Shown: positions 9,546 through 18,593 of the stretch, piece after piece | Layout of the letters: each line of letters starts with the position of its first letter | How positions within the stretch are numbered: position 1 is the stretch's first letter | Source of the DNA: a virus | IMG/VR virus record: IMGVR_UViG_3300047462_000154 | Coordinates: 1-64,000 of that record | DNA length: 64,000 bases | Direction: 5' to 3' (one strand) | Translations under genes and position numbers: made by a program | The notes under the pieces: model-generated | Databases searched by the model: none | Told to the model about the DNA's origin: nothing | The model's input: the letters and a program-made list of their open reading frames with translations, nothing else

Positions 9546-9551
9546 TATTTA
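9546..9551 (-). promoter_or_regulatory. Late promoter TAAATA for the leader/tRNA operon
   Basis: Minus strand reads GCTAAATAGTATTTATG. Confidence 0.65.
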
Positions 9552-9570
9552 GCAAAGTTGCTCAAACAAG

Positions 9571-9882
9571 TCAACATATAAAATCCATTACTAATTTAAT
9601 TAAAGCAACATCTTCTTTTGTTTTCGCAAAAATATTTACTGAATGCATATTTAAATAAAATCTTGCATTTTTATCCGCATTAAAAAGTAAAATTGGTTTA
9701 TTTATTTCATAAGGTGTCACATCATAATATGAAAAAATACCATAACCTTTTCCCAAAAAATCATCATAAATTATATAATGTTTTTCGCTATTATCAACGT
9801 TAAAAGCTTTAAAACCATTGGGTATTTCTTTAATATATCCATCGTGAATTTCTGTAAGTTGTGGATATATTTTTCCACACAA
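9571..9882 (-). CDS. Small hypothetical protein, FKL family (N-terminus possibly frameshifted, starting at 9977)
   Basis: IFAKTKEDVALIKLVMDF. Confidence 0.5.
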   Translation of the reverse strand: MCGKIYPQLTEIHDGYIKEIPNGFKAFNVDNSEKHYIIYDDFLGKGYGIFSYYDVTPYEINKPILLFNADKNARFYLNMHSVNIFAKTKEDVALIKLVMDFIC

Positions 9883-10245
9883 TTCTGTTTTAATTGACCG
9901 GCATAAAATAATTTTATGGCATGATAAAAATTAAGTATATCGGGGTCTTCAGTAAATGAATAATGTGCCCAAATCATTTAAAAAACATGATTCTTATGCA
10001 AAGAAAAAATGCTATAGCAAACATAATACCGAAAACAATGAAAACGGGTTTCATATTTATTTCTGGTATTTCTGGTCTGCTATCAAAATTGAAACCATTT
10101 TCAAGAAATATTTTTAACATGCAAAAGTTCCAAAAATGTTGAAAAATTATAGTCTTAGCAAATAATCTTTAAGGAGTTTTTAATTTGAATGTCAATATTG
10201 GACTTGACAAGCATTTCAATATTTGTTTTATTGTCATGGTCAATT

Positions 10246-10328
10246 GCTACCTCACTGGATGTGAGTGGTCCTGACATGTCTTCGCGGACAACCCGCCCAA
10301 CATGAGTCCGAAGCTATTGTTGGGCGGG
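10246..10328. other. GC-rich three-hairpin element (terminator and/or small RNA)
   Basis: CTCAC/GTGAG, TGTC/GACA and an 11-bp CCCGCCCAACA/TGTTGGGCGGG stem with a cUUCGg loop on the minus strand. Confidence 0.5.
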
Positions 10329-10817
10329 ACGCGAATATTCAGAAATTTTTTCTTTTATTATTTTAAAAGATTTTTCATCTTTTAATAAAGCAACCAATCC
10401 AAAATGTAATGGTTTTGGTAAATTATCTAATCCACACCAAATAAAACCTTGATTTTCCCAATCTAATCTGGGAGTGAATTCATTATCAACAATTGCCAAA
10501 TAATTGTAATATTTGAATCCTGGTTTTGAAAATACATATAATGGTTCTACTTCTATTTGACCATGATATCCTGTTTCTTCATTAATTTCTCGAACCAATG
10601 CTTCTAAAGGATTTTCTTTAGAATCAATTGCACCACCCCATGAACCCCATGTATTTGGCTCTTGCACAGCATCAGAACGATGGGCAATTAATAATTTACC
10701 AGTATCTTTTGCAAGAATAATACATCCAGCCCCAACACTTCCCCAAAACCCAGTCTTGTCGATTTGTGCAGCATGTTTGGCATCGTCATCGCCTTCAAAT
10801 AAATCAATAAGTTTCAT
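10314..10817 (-). CDS. Nudix hydrolase with N-terminal tag MKLIDLFE
   Basis: Nudix box GGAIDSKENPLEALVREINEETG. Confidence 0.9.
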   Translation of the reverse strand: MKLIDLFEGDDDAKHAAQIDKTGFWGSVGAGCIILAKDTGKLLIAHRSDAVQEPNTWGSWGGAIDSKENPLEALVREINEETGYHGQIEVEPLYVFSKPGFKYYNYLAIVDNEFTPRLDWENQGFIWCGLDNLPKPLHFGLVALLKDEKSFKIIKEKISEYSRPAQQ

Positions 10818-12674
10818 TTAAGCATCTGGTATGAATTTCTTGGCTTGTGCAAGAACGTTATCATGATTGTATGCAGTAATTTCATCACCTTCTGGATTTC
10901 TTACACTAATGATTTTAATCAAAGGCGTATTATTTTTTAAAGAAAATGATGCGGTTCCTGTTCCATGCAAACCGCTATCTTTCCAAGGGAAATTATAAGT
11001 GCCAGAATCGTTTCCATGAATTTCATCATGGAAACTATCATCTTCTGATTCTGCTTCATTTACTTTTTTTTTTAGTTTCTTTGTAAATGCAAAAGGTGCT
11101 TTTTTATCAGATACAATTTCTTCTTTTGTTTTTTCTTCTTTGATGTTTTTTGAAACCGCCTGATTGATATTATTTTTACCAGTTGCTTTCCAATTTTTTT
11201 CTTTTTTTGCTTCCATCAAATTTTCATATTTTGCAAGAATTTCTTGTTTCTTTGTTGGATTAGAAAATAATTTATTCAATAAATCCTGCGCTTCAGTGCC
11301 TTGAATTGAAGCACTTTTGCCGGTTTCGGTATCATTAATCGTGACATTACCCAAAGTATCTTCTTCATAACCATAACGGTCATCTGAATTCATGGTATTG
11401 TGATAATCTTCTGTAAATAATGAATAATTTTTTTCATCAGCATGAGATAATTTTGTTGATAATTCATTCATCATAAAATCCAAATCGCTTTTTGAAACAC
11501 CAAGTTTATTTGCAACTTTGACTTTTGCTTGTGGTTTGAAACCTTTAAGACCAGCAATAATTTCATCATCTGAAATACCAGCATCATTTAAAATTTCTTG
11601 AAGTTCATCCAATTTCATATTGGTTTTTAAATCAAGGTTTTCGTCCAAATTGGAAGGCATATAAACCCATCCAGAAAAAGTGGGCTTATCATACTCACCA
11701 ACCCAATTATCGCCTTCCATGGCTCTCCAAAGCCATCCATCACCATCACTATAATTAGGAGGGTCTGGATATTTTACAATATATGCATCAGGATGATATT
11801 GTTTTACTGCTTTTTTCCAACCTTCATAATCATCATTGAACATTTTCTTTTCTTTTGAATCTTCTTGCAAAGTAACATCTTTCAATGAATTATCTCCATA
11901 ACGAGGATTATTCATTTTGTTTTTTAAATCGGCTTTTCCTTTATCAACAAATTCAATTGGTTTAAATGTTTTTGTTTCAATATCATAATAATCATCAGTG
12001 CCATAATCGTATTCTGATTCTTCTTTCACTGGTTTTTTATTTTTTGAAGATTTAAACGTTTTTGTTTCTTTATCATAAAAATAATCATCTTGTGATTCAT
12101 CTAATTCATCATCTTTAGAATCAAAATCTTCAATCAGTTTGCCATTAATCAAATTATATAATGTGCCTTTTTTTTCTTTACCAAAAGCTTTTGCATCATC
12201 TAAATCATCAAATCTTTCTTTTTTTAAATGACTTCCTTCAAACCAATTTACACAATATGGCGCATCGGCTGCTCCTAAACCTTCATCAATTAATTCTGGT
12301 TCAATAGGACCATGTTCAGCATATTCAACATCTGATGGCGTTAAATCAGCAGGACCATCTAAATCTTCTTCAACAGGAGATGATACATTATTTCTTAAAT
12401 CTAAAACCATTTGTCCAAAATCGTCTCTTGCCATTTTATTAACAACATGATGCCATTTTTTAGCAAAATAGAAAATATCATCTTTCAATGATTTTAATTC
12501 AGCTTTTGGAAAACCAGTTGCTTCATGCATTGAAAGAAATTCAAATATTTTATTTGCCAATTCTTTATCGTCTTTGGTTCCCATCGAATCTAATTTATGT
12601 GCTAAATCAGATAACTTTGTTGAAATATCGTGATGACCAAACATTTCTTTTAAATATTGTTTAAATTCTTTCAT
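10818..12674 (-). CDS. Acidic virion/prohead internal protein
   Basis: MKEFKQYLKE N-terminus resembles the T4 capsid-targeting sequence; many LxE segments; lies in a late operon. Confidence 0.5.
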   Translation of the reverse strand: MKEFKQYLKEMFGHHDISTKLSDLAHKLDSMGTKDDKELANKIFEFLSMHEATGFPKAELKSLKDDIFYFAKKWHHVVNKMARDDFGQMVLDLRNNVSSPVEEDLDGPADLTPSDVEYAEHGPIEPELIDEGLGAADAPYCVNWFEGSHLKKERFDDLDDAKAFGKEKKGTLYNLINGKLIEDFDSKDDELDESQDDYFYDKETKTFKSSKNKKPVKEESEYDYGTDDYYDIETKTFKPIEFVDKGKADLKNKMNNPRYGDNSLKDVTLQEDSKEKKMFNDDYEGWKKAVKQYHPDAYIVKYPDPPNYSDGDGWLWRAMEGDNWVGEYDKPTFSGWVYMPSNLDENLDLKTNMKLDELQEILNDAGISDDEIIAGLKGFKPQAKVKVANKLGVSKSDLDFMMNELSTKLSHADEKNYSLFTEDYHNTMNSDDRYGYEEDTLGNVTINDTETGKSASIQGTEAQDLLNKLFSNPTKKQEILAKYENLMEAKKEKNWKATGKNNINQAVSKNIKEEKTKEEIVSDKKAPFAFTKKLKKKVNEAESEDDSFHDEIHGNDSGTYNFPWKDSGLHGTGTASFSLKNNTPLIKIISVRNPEGDEITAYNHDNVLAQAKKFIPDA

Positions 12675-13471
12675 TTTGCTTGGTCTCCAAATGTTTTAGA
12701 TATCACTACACGATTGCCGTTTTCGTCACGAAATACTTTAGATATAACTCTTGTTTCATCATTTTTATTACCCATAACCGAAGTATCAGGAATAAGAATT
12801 TTCAAATCTTTTTCCGTTGGTTTTACTTTGATACCAGGAATATCTTTATTGAAATCAACAGCATCTTGAACAGGTTCTTGGTCTTCTCTTTTTGGCATAT
12901 TCAAGAAATTAAATAAAGTATTTTCTGATTTGATTTTTGCATCACGTCTTGCATCTCTGATTTTATTCAAATGATACAAGAATGCATTATTATAATCATT
13001 ACCAAATAAATGTGAACCATCTTCTAAATTGCCGTTACCTTCAACATATTCTGGTTCATTGCTCAATAAAGCTTCTGGAGTTAATTTTCTTTTTTTGGCT
13101 TCTGCATTAATTTCTTCAATAGCATTCAAACGCAATGTTTCAATTTCAGTTGGGTCATTTTTTGTTTTTACAATAACATAACGTTCTGGTGCATCTAATG
13201 CTTTTCTAATATCTTCTCTGATAACCATTGGTTCTGCTGGCATGTTGAAAACAAAATCAACAATCCAAACTTCTGCATTTTCAACTTCTCTATCAAAATC
13301 TAATGGAGATTTTTGTAAAATAGTTTTTTTAGGAACTGAAATAGAAATTGGGTCATATTTCATGACAACTCTTTCAATTCTTGTCATTGCCTCATCATCA
13401 ATAGGCACAACAGTTTTTAATCTCATTGCATATGTTTTGGCTGAATCAGCGATATATTTCTTTAAATCCAT
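12671..13471 (-). CDS. Probable virion structural protein
   Basis: TAAATA upstream (~13489-13498); MDLKKYIADS N-terminus, PKKTILQKSPLDF motif. Confidence 0.5.
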   Translation of the reverse strand: MDLKKYIADSAKTYAMRLKTVVPIDDEAMTRIERVVMKYDPISISVPKKTILQKSPLDFDREVENAEVWIVDFVFNMPAEPMVIREDIRKALDAPERYVIVKTKNDPTEIETLRLNAIEEINAEAKKRKLTPEALLSNEPEYVEGNGNLEDGSHLFGNDYNNAFLYHLNKIRDARRDAKIKSENTLFNFLNMPKREDQEPVQDAVDFNKDIPGIKVKPTEKDLKILIPDTSVMGNKNDETRVISKVFRDENGNRVVISKTFGDQAK

Positions 13472-13960
13472 GTGAAAACCCTTTTATGTATTTATTTATT
13501 GTTATTATAAAATCTGTTTGCTACTACTCTTAAAAAAATAAAGGCTTGTATAAATGCGTTTATCAAAAAAAAAATTATAAAAAATTTTCAACAACTTCTT
13601 CACATTTCAATCGCATTCTTAAAATGGAAGATAAAGAAATAGTTAAACAAGGATATGATGCATATTATGCGGGTGTTTCTCCAGACCATTCACCATATAT
13701 GAATCGTTACGGAGATAACAGAAATGCTTTACCTGATTGGATGCTTGACCTGATTGGATGCTTGGATGGTCTTTGGCGTATAGAGAACAACAACGAAATG
13801 AGGATTTGAAAAATGAAGAAAATCTATGGGAAAAACTTGATAGTGGAGTTTTGGGAACCGAAAAAGATGAAATTATCAAAAATTTTTTGAAATAAATTTA
13901 CATTTATGTGTTGACAAATTATTGAATTATGATATAGTTTTTATAAAGGAGATTGTGAAA

Positions 13961-14533
13961 ATGGAATTTGATATTTCTGGGTCTGCAAAAGAATTTACCA
14001 AAAATCCTCGTTCTTTAACAGAAGATGAGAAAACCAAAATTATTAATCTTGGTAGGATTGAAGCTGTCAAATTATATCGCTCTGAACCAGGAAAACGACT
14101 TGCGGATGAACAGAGAAGAGCGATATTGGCTCAAAACAAATCCAATATTGAATACGATTTTACACAAATGGTTCCTGAATTGGTTCATGAATTAACACAT
14201 GCTTTGGATGATAGACGTTCAAAAGGAAAATATGTAAAAAATTCAAGGTCTATTCATACAAAAAATATGTTAAACAATTTAGAGAATGATTATTCGCAAG
14301 AAAATGTTCAAGCAAATAATCAAGCTTGGTCTGATGCGTATTCAGTTGACCCAGCAGAAGTCAATGCTTGGTTTCAAAGTGCTGTTGCTGCCAGTAGAGA
14401 TTATTTAAATGCAAGTTTTGAAGATTATAAAAGAGAATTTTCAAATCATTATATGCATTATAGAATACTTCCAAAAGAAGAACAAAAAAGATTGATGAAA
14501 AGATTGTATGCCGAATGGAAATCTGAAAATTAA
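13961..14533 (+). CDS. Zincin-like metallopeptidase-motif protein (possibly chimeric)
   Basis: LVHELTHALD and PAEVNA; TTGACA promoter at 13911 and AAGGAG SD. Confidence 0.5.
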   Translation: MEFDISGSAKEFTKNPRSLTEDEKTKIINLGRIEAVKLYRSEPGKRLADEQRRAILAQNKSNIEYDFTQMVPELVHELTHALDDRRSKGKYVKNSRSIHTKNMLNNLENDYSQENVQANNQAWSDAYSVDPAEVNAWFQSAVAASRDYLNASFEDYKREFSNHYMHYRILPKEEQKRLMKRLYAEWKSEN

Positions 14534-14964
14534 TTCTTCCAAAAAGGATTATCACAAACGAGACCTTCTTTATATCCTTCATCTGAACAATTACAATAAT
14601 TTGGTGAACAATGAATATAATAATTGTCTAAATTATCAAATAATTCATAAATTTCTTCAATTTTTTTATTTTCCAAAAATTTTTTTAATTCTTTGCCTCT
14701 ATTAGTTAACCAAGAATATCTTAGAGACGTGCCATATTCTATCAAATCTGCTTTACAAAAAATATTAATTAAAAGCCATGCTGTTGTTGGCGTAAGATGA
14801 TTTTCAAGTGTTTTGTAATCAATTGTTCCTTCAAACGGACACAATCCAAAAAAATCTTTGGTTGCTGGAATGGTATACATTTCACCAGTGCCGTATCCAT
14901 AGCCAAAAACATTTGATTCCCAATCTATAAAATTTTCTTCGATTGTTTTTTTCATTTTAACCAC
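14530..14964 (-). CDS. Hypothetical protein
   Basis: ORF in an overlapping operon; Cys cluster at the C-terminus. Confidence 0.6.
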   Translation of the reverse strand: MVKMKKTIEENFIDWESNVFGYGYGTGEMYTIPATKDFFGLCPFEGTIDYKTLENHLTPTTAWLLINIFCKADLIEYGTSLRYSWLTNRGKELKKFLENKKIEEIYELFDNLDNYYIHCSPNYCNCSDEGYKEGLVCDNPFWKN

Positions 14965-15331
14965 ACAATTTGTAAAAAGTTGAAAAATTTAAAAAATCTT
15001 TTTCATGTTTAAAAGCAACTGCAAGATACTCTTTTTCGTTATGAAAACAAAATTCTTTTATATTAACTATGTTTTTACAAAAATCAACAACTTGTTTATG
15101 ACGTTTCAAATTCATTCTAAAATTCTCACATCCAATTAAATCCAAATCTGTTAATACATCATATTCAAATAAATAATACAAATAATTGTAATTTTTACAA
15201 TATTTTAATTGAAAATGATAATGTATCGCAATCATTTCCAAATTCAAAAATGTCGTAATATTTGATTTTTCTTTGGTAGAAATATTAAAAATCACGTTTT
15301 GTTTTTCCCTAACCTTAATTCTCATGAACAT
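14957..15331 (-). CDS. Small hypothetical protein, FKL family
   Basis: VAFKHEKDFLNF..FYKL. Confidence 0.5.
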   Translation of the reverse strand: MFMRIKVREKQNVIFNISTKEKSNITTFLNLEMIAIHYHFQLKYCKNYNYLYYLFEYDVLTDLDLIGCENFRMNLKRHKQVVDFCKNIVNIKEFCFHNEKEYLAVAFKHEKDFLNFSTFYKLCG

Positions 15332-15654
15332 AATTTCATTTTTACACCGCGATATAATTTGTAATCATAATCAAAAATTACATGTGGTGGCATTGGCACA
15401 GAAAATGGAATATGTATTTTTTTATTTTGCCAATCATTAAAAGAACTATGTTTTCTATCATTAAAATTTGTATGAGAAGAACAATCTGGACATTTTACAA
15501 TGTATTGAACATTGCCATTAAATGCTTCATATATCTGATATTTCACATGTTTATTATCACAATATACACAAGGAATTGGTTTCTCTTCTCCAGTAACAAT
15601 ATATTCGTTTACCAGCATATCTTGGGCTTTTTCATAATATTCTCTTTTGAACAT
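15322..15654 (-). CDS. Zn-ribbon protein (Lar-like)
   Basis: PCVYC...VKCPDC...W pattern. Confidence 0.45.
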   Translation of the reverse strand: MFKREYYEKAQDMLVNEYIVTGEEKPIPCVYCDNKHVKYQIYEAFNGNVQYIVKCPDCSSHTNFNDRKHSSFNDWQNKKIHIPFSVPMPPHVIFDYDYKLYRGVKMKLCS

Positions 15655-15736
15655 TTCTTATTTTGACATTCTCTCAAATCTGTGTCAAACATAATTTGTC
15701 CAAGACATGGTTCTTGGCAGTCCCAGCCTCTTACCT

Positions 15737-15767
15737 ATCCCTGGAATTATGTTCCAGGGATTTTTTT
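15737..15767 (+). terminator. Intrinsic terminator directly upstream of a late promoter
   Basis: ATCCCTGGAA-TTATG-TTCCAGGGAT plus T-run; TAAATA at 15770. Confidence 0.7.
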
Positions 15768-15780
15768 GCTAAATAATTAC

Positions 15781-16809
15781 ATGAAAAATTATGCAAATGG
15801 TTTAGCGCAAAGAATTATTGAATCTATGGGAATTAAAGAAGTTGTTTCTGATGAGACAATTAATTCACCAGCATTTAAAAATTGGTTTAATGGTTCAAAA
15901 GTTGTTGATTCAAATGGAAAACCAATGCCAGTATATCATGGAACTGGCAGACCAGACAGAGTTGGAACAAGATTTAGAAAATCTCGCGCTACTGCTGGTC
16001 CAATGTCTTATTTCTCCGAAAATCCAGAAGTATCTTCTGGATATGCATCAAGTAAACCAGATACCAGTCATGAAGTTGAAAATTATGCAGATTGGTTCAT
16101 GGTTAAAATTGGAAGAACAAAAGTAAACATTATTCAAGCATGGTATTTGTTACCGGAACAAGAAAAAATTCGTATGGCAAAACTTGCTCCAAAAGTTTGT
16201 GAAAACGATGATGGACAAGGCGATATTATTTTTGATGAAAATAATAAACGCGGTAATGGTGGATATTATCCAGAAAGATATCGAGGAAATGTTTTACAAG
16301 CATTGTTTGAAGCTTGGGTTGCTGCTGGTCCATTATTTAATGAAGAAGAAAGATTTTTAGATGTTTTAAAATTAGCTGGAATGACAACACCAGTAATATT
16401 TGAACATCCTAATGTAACATATCCATTTGTTTATCAAGTATTTTTATCAATAAAACATCCACTAGATACTTCAAATATTCCAAAAGATGTTATTGAATCT
16501 TTACAGAAAATTGGAAAAAGAATTAAAACAAATTCAAATTCAAGTTCATATTATGATACTTGGAATAAAAAAAATAAAAATGCCGCTGAATGGCTACATG
16601 ATTTGATGAATGATGGTCATCCATTTACAGTCGTTCCTGATTGGGTAACCAAAACATTAAAAGCCTATGGTTATGACGGAATTAAAGATATTGGTGGAAA
16701 AATGTCTGGAGAAAACCATACGGTTTGGATACCGTTTGAAGAAAATCAAGTTAAATCGGCAATATCAAATAAAAACTTTGATGCAAATAGTAGTAATATT
16801 TTGAAATAG
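15781..16809 (+). CDS. ART-PolyVal-like ADP-ribosyltransferase-domain protein
   Basis: FKNWFNGSKVVDSNGKPMPVYHGT...YFS..P.V.SGYA...VFLSIKHP...GYDGI...F..NQVKSA; ATG 5 nt after TAAATA. Confidence 0.75.
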   Translation: MKNYANGLAQRIIESMGIKEVVSDETINSPAFKNWFNGSKVVDSNGKPMPVYHGTGRPDRVGTRFRKSRATAGPMSYFSENPEVSSGYASSKPDTSHEVENYADWFMVKIGRTKVNIIQAWYLLPEQEKIRMAKLAPKVCENDDGQGDIIFDENNKRGNGGYYPERYRGNVLQALFEAWVAAGPLFNEEERFLDVLKLAGMTTPVIFEHPNVTYPFVYQVFLSIKHPLDTSNIPKDVIESLQKIGKRIKTNSNSSSYYDTWNKKNKNAAEWLHDLMNDGHPFTVVPDWVTKTLKAYGYDGIKDIGGKMSGENHTVWIPFEENQVKSAISNKNFDANSSNILK

Positions 16810-16885
16810 TGGAGGCTTGTAACGGAATCGAACCGTTCTAATTTTGCTTTGCAGGCAAACGTATAGCCAATCTAACCACCAAGCC
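16810..16885 (-). tRNA. tRNA-Cys(GCA)
   Basis: Cloverleaf, loop CTGCAAA, TTCGATT T-loop, U73 discriminator, CCA. Confidence 0.85.
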
Positions 16886-16898
16886 AGATAAATTTTAA

Positions 16899-16971
16899 TT
16901 GGCGCGGATGGAATCGAACCACCGTAATTCTGTATTGCAAACAGACCCCTAGCCCCTCGGAACACGCGCCA
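16899..16971 (-). tRNA. tRNA with GCA anticodon (Cys?), A73 and no encoded CCA
   Basis: TGGCGCG/CGCGCCA acceptor stem, TCTGT-TTGCAAT-ACAGA, GGTGG-TTCGATT-CCATC. Confidence 0.7.
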
Positions 16972-16982
16972 TCAATAAACAT

Positions 16983-17011
16983 ATCATAACCATTACCAAT
17001 CATCATGTCAA
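16983..17011 (-). promoter_or_regulatory. Sigma70-like promoter for the tRNA-Cys pair
   Basis: TTGACA-17 nt-TATGAT. Confidence 0.7.
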
Positions 17012-17074
17012 TATCTGATAGTGTCTCATTTTGAATTACCCAATATCTAATAAATAAAAACAAAAAGGCTAATC

Positions 17075-17521
17075 ATGCGGAATACATCAAAGGGAAAATT
17101 TACTCCAAAAAATCCACAAAAATACATTGGAACAAACATTAATAAAATAATTTATAGAAGTTCTTGGGAACTATCTTTAATGCAAGCCTGTGATACGCAT
17201 CCATATATTTTACAATGGGCATCAGAAGCCATTAAAATACCTTACAAACATCCAATAACTGGAAAATATACAATGTATGTTCCAGATTTTTTAATTGTTT
17301 ATGCTGATAAAAAATTAGTCCAACATTGTGAAATGATTGAAGTGAAACCAGAAAAAGAAGTTTTTGCTTCTGGTTATATTCCAAAAACTCAAAATGAAAA
17401 AATAGTACAGGCTATTAATTTTGCCAAATTTGCCGCTGCCACTTTATTTTGTAAAAAAAGAGGCTGGCATTTCAGAGTGATGACAGAAAGAAATCTTTTT
17501 GCATATTCAAAAAAAATGTGA
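17075..17521 (+). CDS. Head completion nuclease (T4 gp4-like / TnsA-like PD-(D/E)XK)
   Basis: F.PKNPQKY.G...IYRSSWE...WASE...Y.PDF...IEVKP. Confidence 0.85.
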   Translation: MRNTSKGKFTPKNPQKYIGTNINKIIYRSSWELSLMQACDTHPYILQWASEAIKIPYKHPITGKYTMYVPDFLIVYADKKLVQHCEMIEVKPEKEVFASGYIPKTQNEKIVQAINFAKFAAATLFCKKRGWHFRVMTERNLFAYSKKM

Positions 17522-17694
17522 ATTTATTTGGAATTGTATTCCGATGCTTTTTGAAGTTCTGATTTTTGTAAATTATCAACATCGCGAACAGCAACAGCAA
17601 GAGTTGCATTTGTCAAATCTCGACATATTGAATTATTTCTGGTTTTCTTGGGTCACGAGCGAATTGGATTCTGTCTTTAAAAGTTAACGAAAAA

Positions 17695-18593
17695 ATGGCA
17701 AAACAAAAAGGAGAAAAAACAGTAAAAGAAAAGAAAAAAGAATTACTTTCTTTTTCTATTACGAAACGCCCTCCAAAAAATACTGAGTTTGGAAAATTAA
17801 TAAGTAGATATATTGATAAATCTGGAAGTTGCTACGATGCGAAATTTACAAAAAAAATTAGAGATAGATTTCCTCACTGGTTTCCAGATATTATTACAAA
17901 AAATAATAAAGAAAAATTATTATTATTGCCTTTAAATTCCAAAAAACCACAAAAACAAAATAATTTAACAAGTTATACAAGCCAAAATAGTAATTCTTAT
18001 GATGAAAAATTTACAAAACAGCTTAGAAATAGATTTCCTCATTGGTTTCCAGATATTGTTGCAAAAAATAATAAAGAAAAATTATTATCTTTTTCATTAA
18101 CTTCTAAAAGACCAAATGGTCTTTTGGGTAATCGCGTTTATCAGCTTATATTTGTAAAACTAGCTCATCTTATGATGAAAATTTTTCACAAGAAATAAGA
18201 AATAAATATCCACATTGGTTTCGTGATATTAATGTGAAAAATAAAAAAAAAGAATTAATGTGTTTTCCATTAAATTCCAAAAGACCTCACGTAAACACGC
18301 CATTTGGTAAATCTTTAATTACGTATACAAAAAAATCCAGTTCATCTTATGATGAAGCTTTTTCACAAGAAATAAGAAATAAATATCCCCATTGGTTTCA
18401 GGATATTAATGTGCAAAATAAAAAACAAGAATTGTTACTTTTTCCATTAAATTCTAAAAGACCAAAGAAAAACACATCTCTCGGTAACGCTTTGGCTGAT
18501 TATATAAAAAAAGGTGGTCCGTGTTATGATGAAAATTTTTCACAAGAAATAAGAAATAAATTTCCTAATTGGTTTAAGATATTAATTTCATAA
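17695..18593 (+). pseudogene. Five ~55-59-aa tandem-repeat protein split by a frameshift near 18130
   Basis: Repeat KKELLxF...RP...YD..F...IRNKYPHWF; repeat 3 continues in the other frame after GGTAATCGCGTTTA. Confidence 0.65.

Noticed and set aside
10246-10328. tRNA or hammerhead ribozyme
   Set aside because: No cloverleaf can be built, and the CUGANGA/GAAA core is absent
17695-18593. CRISPR array or DGR TR/VR pair
   Set aside because: The repeats are ~170-bp in-frame coding units diverging at all bases; there are no constant short repeats with spacers and no RT gene
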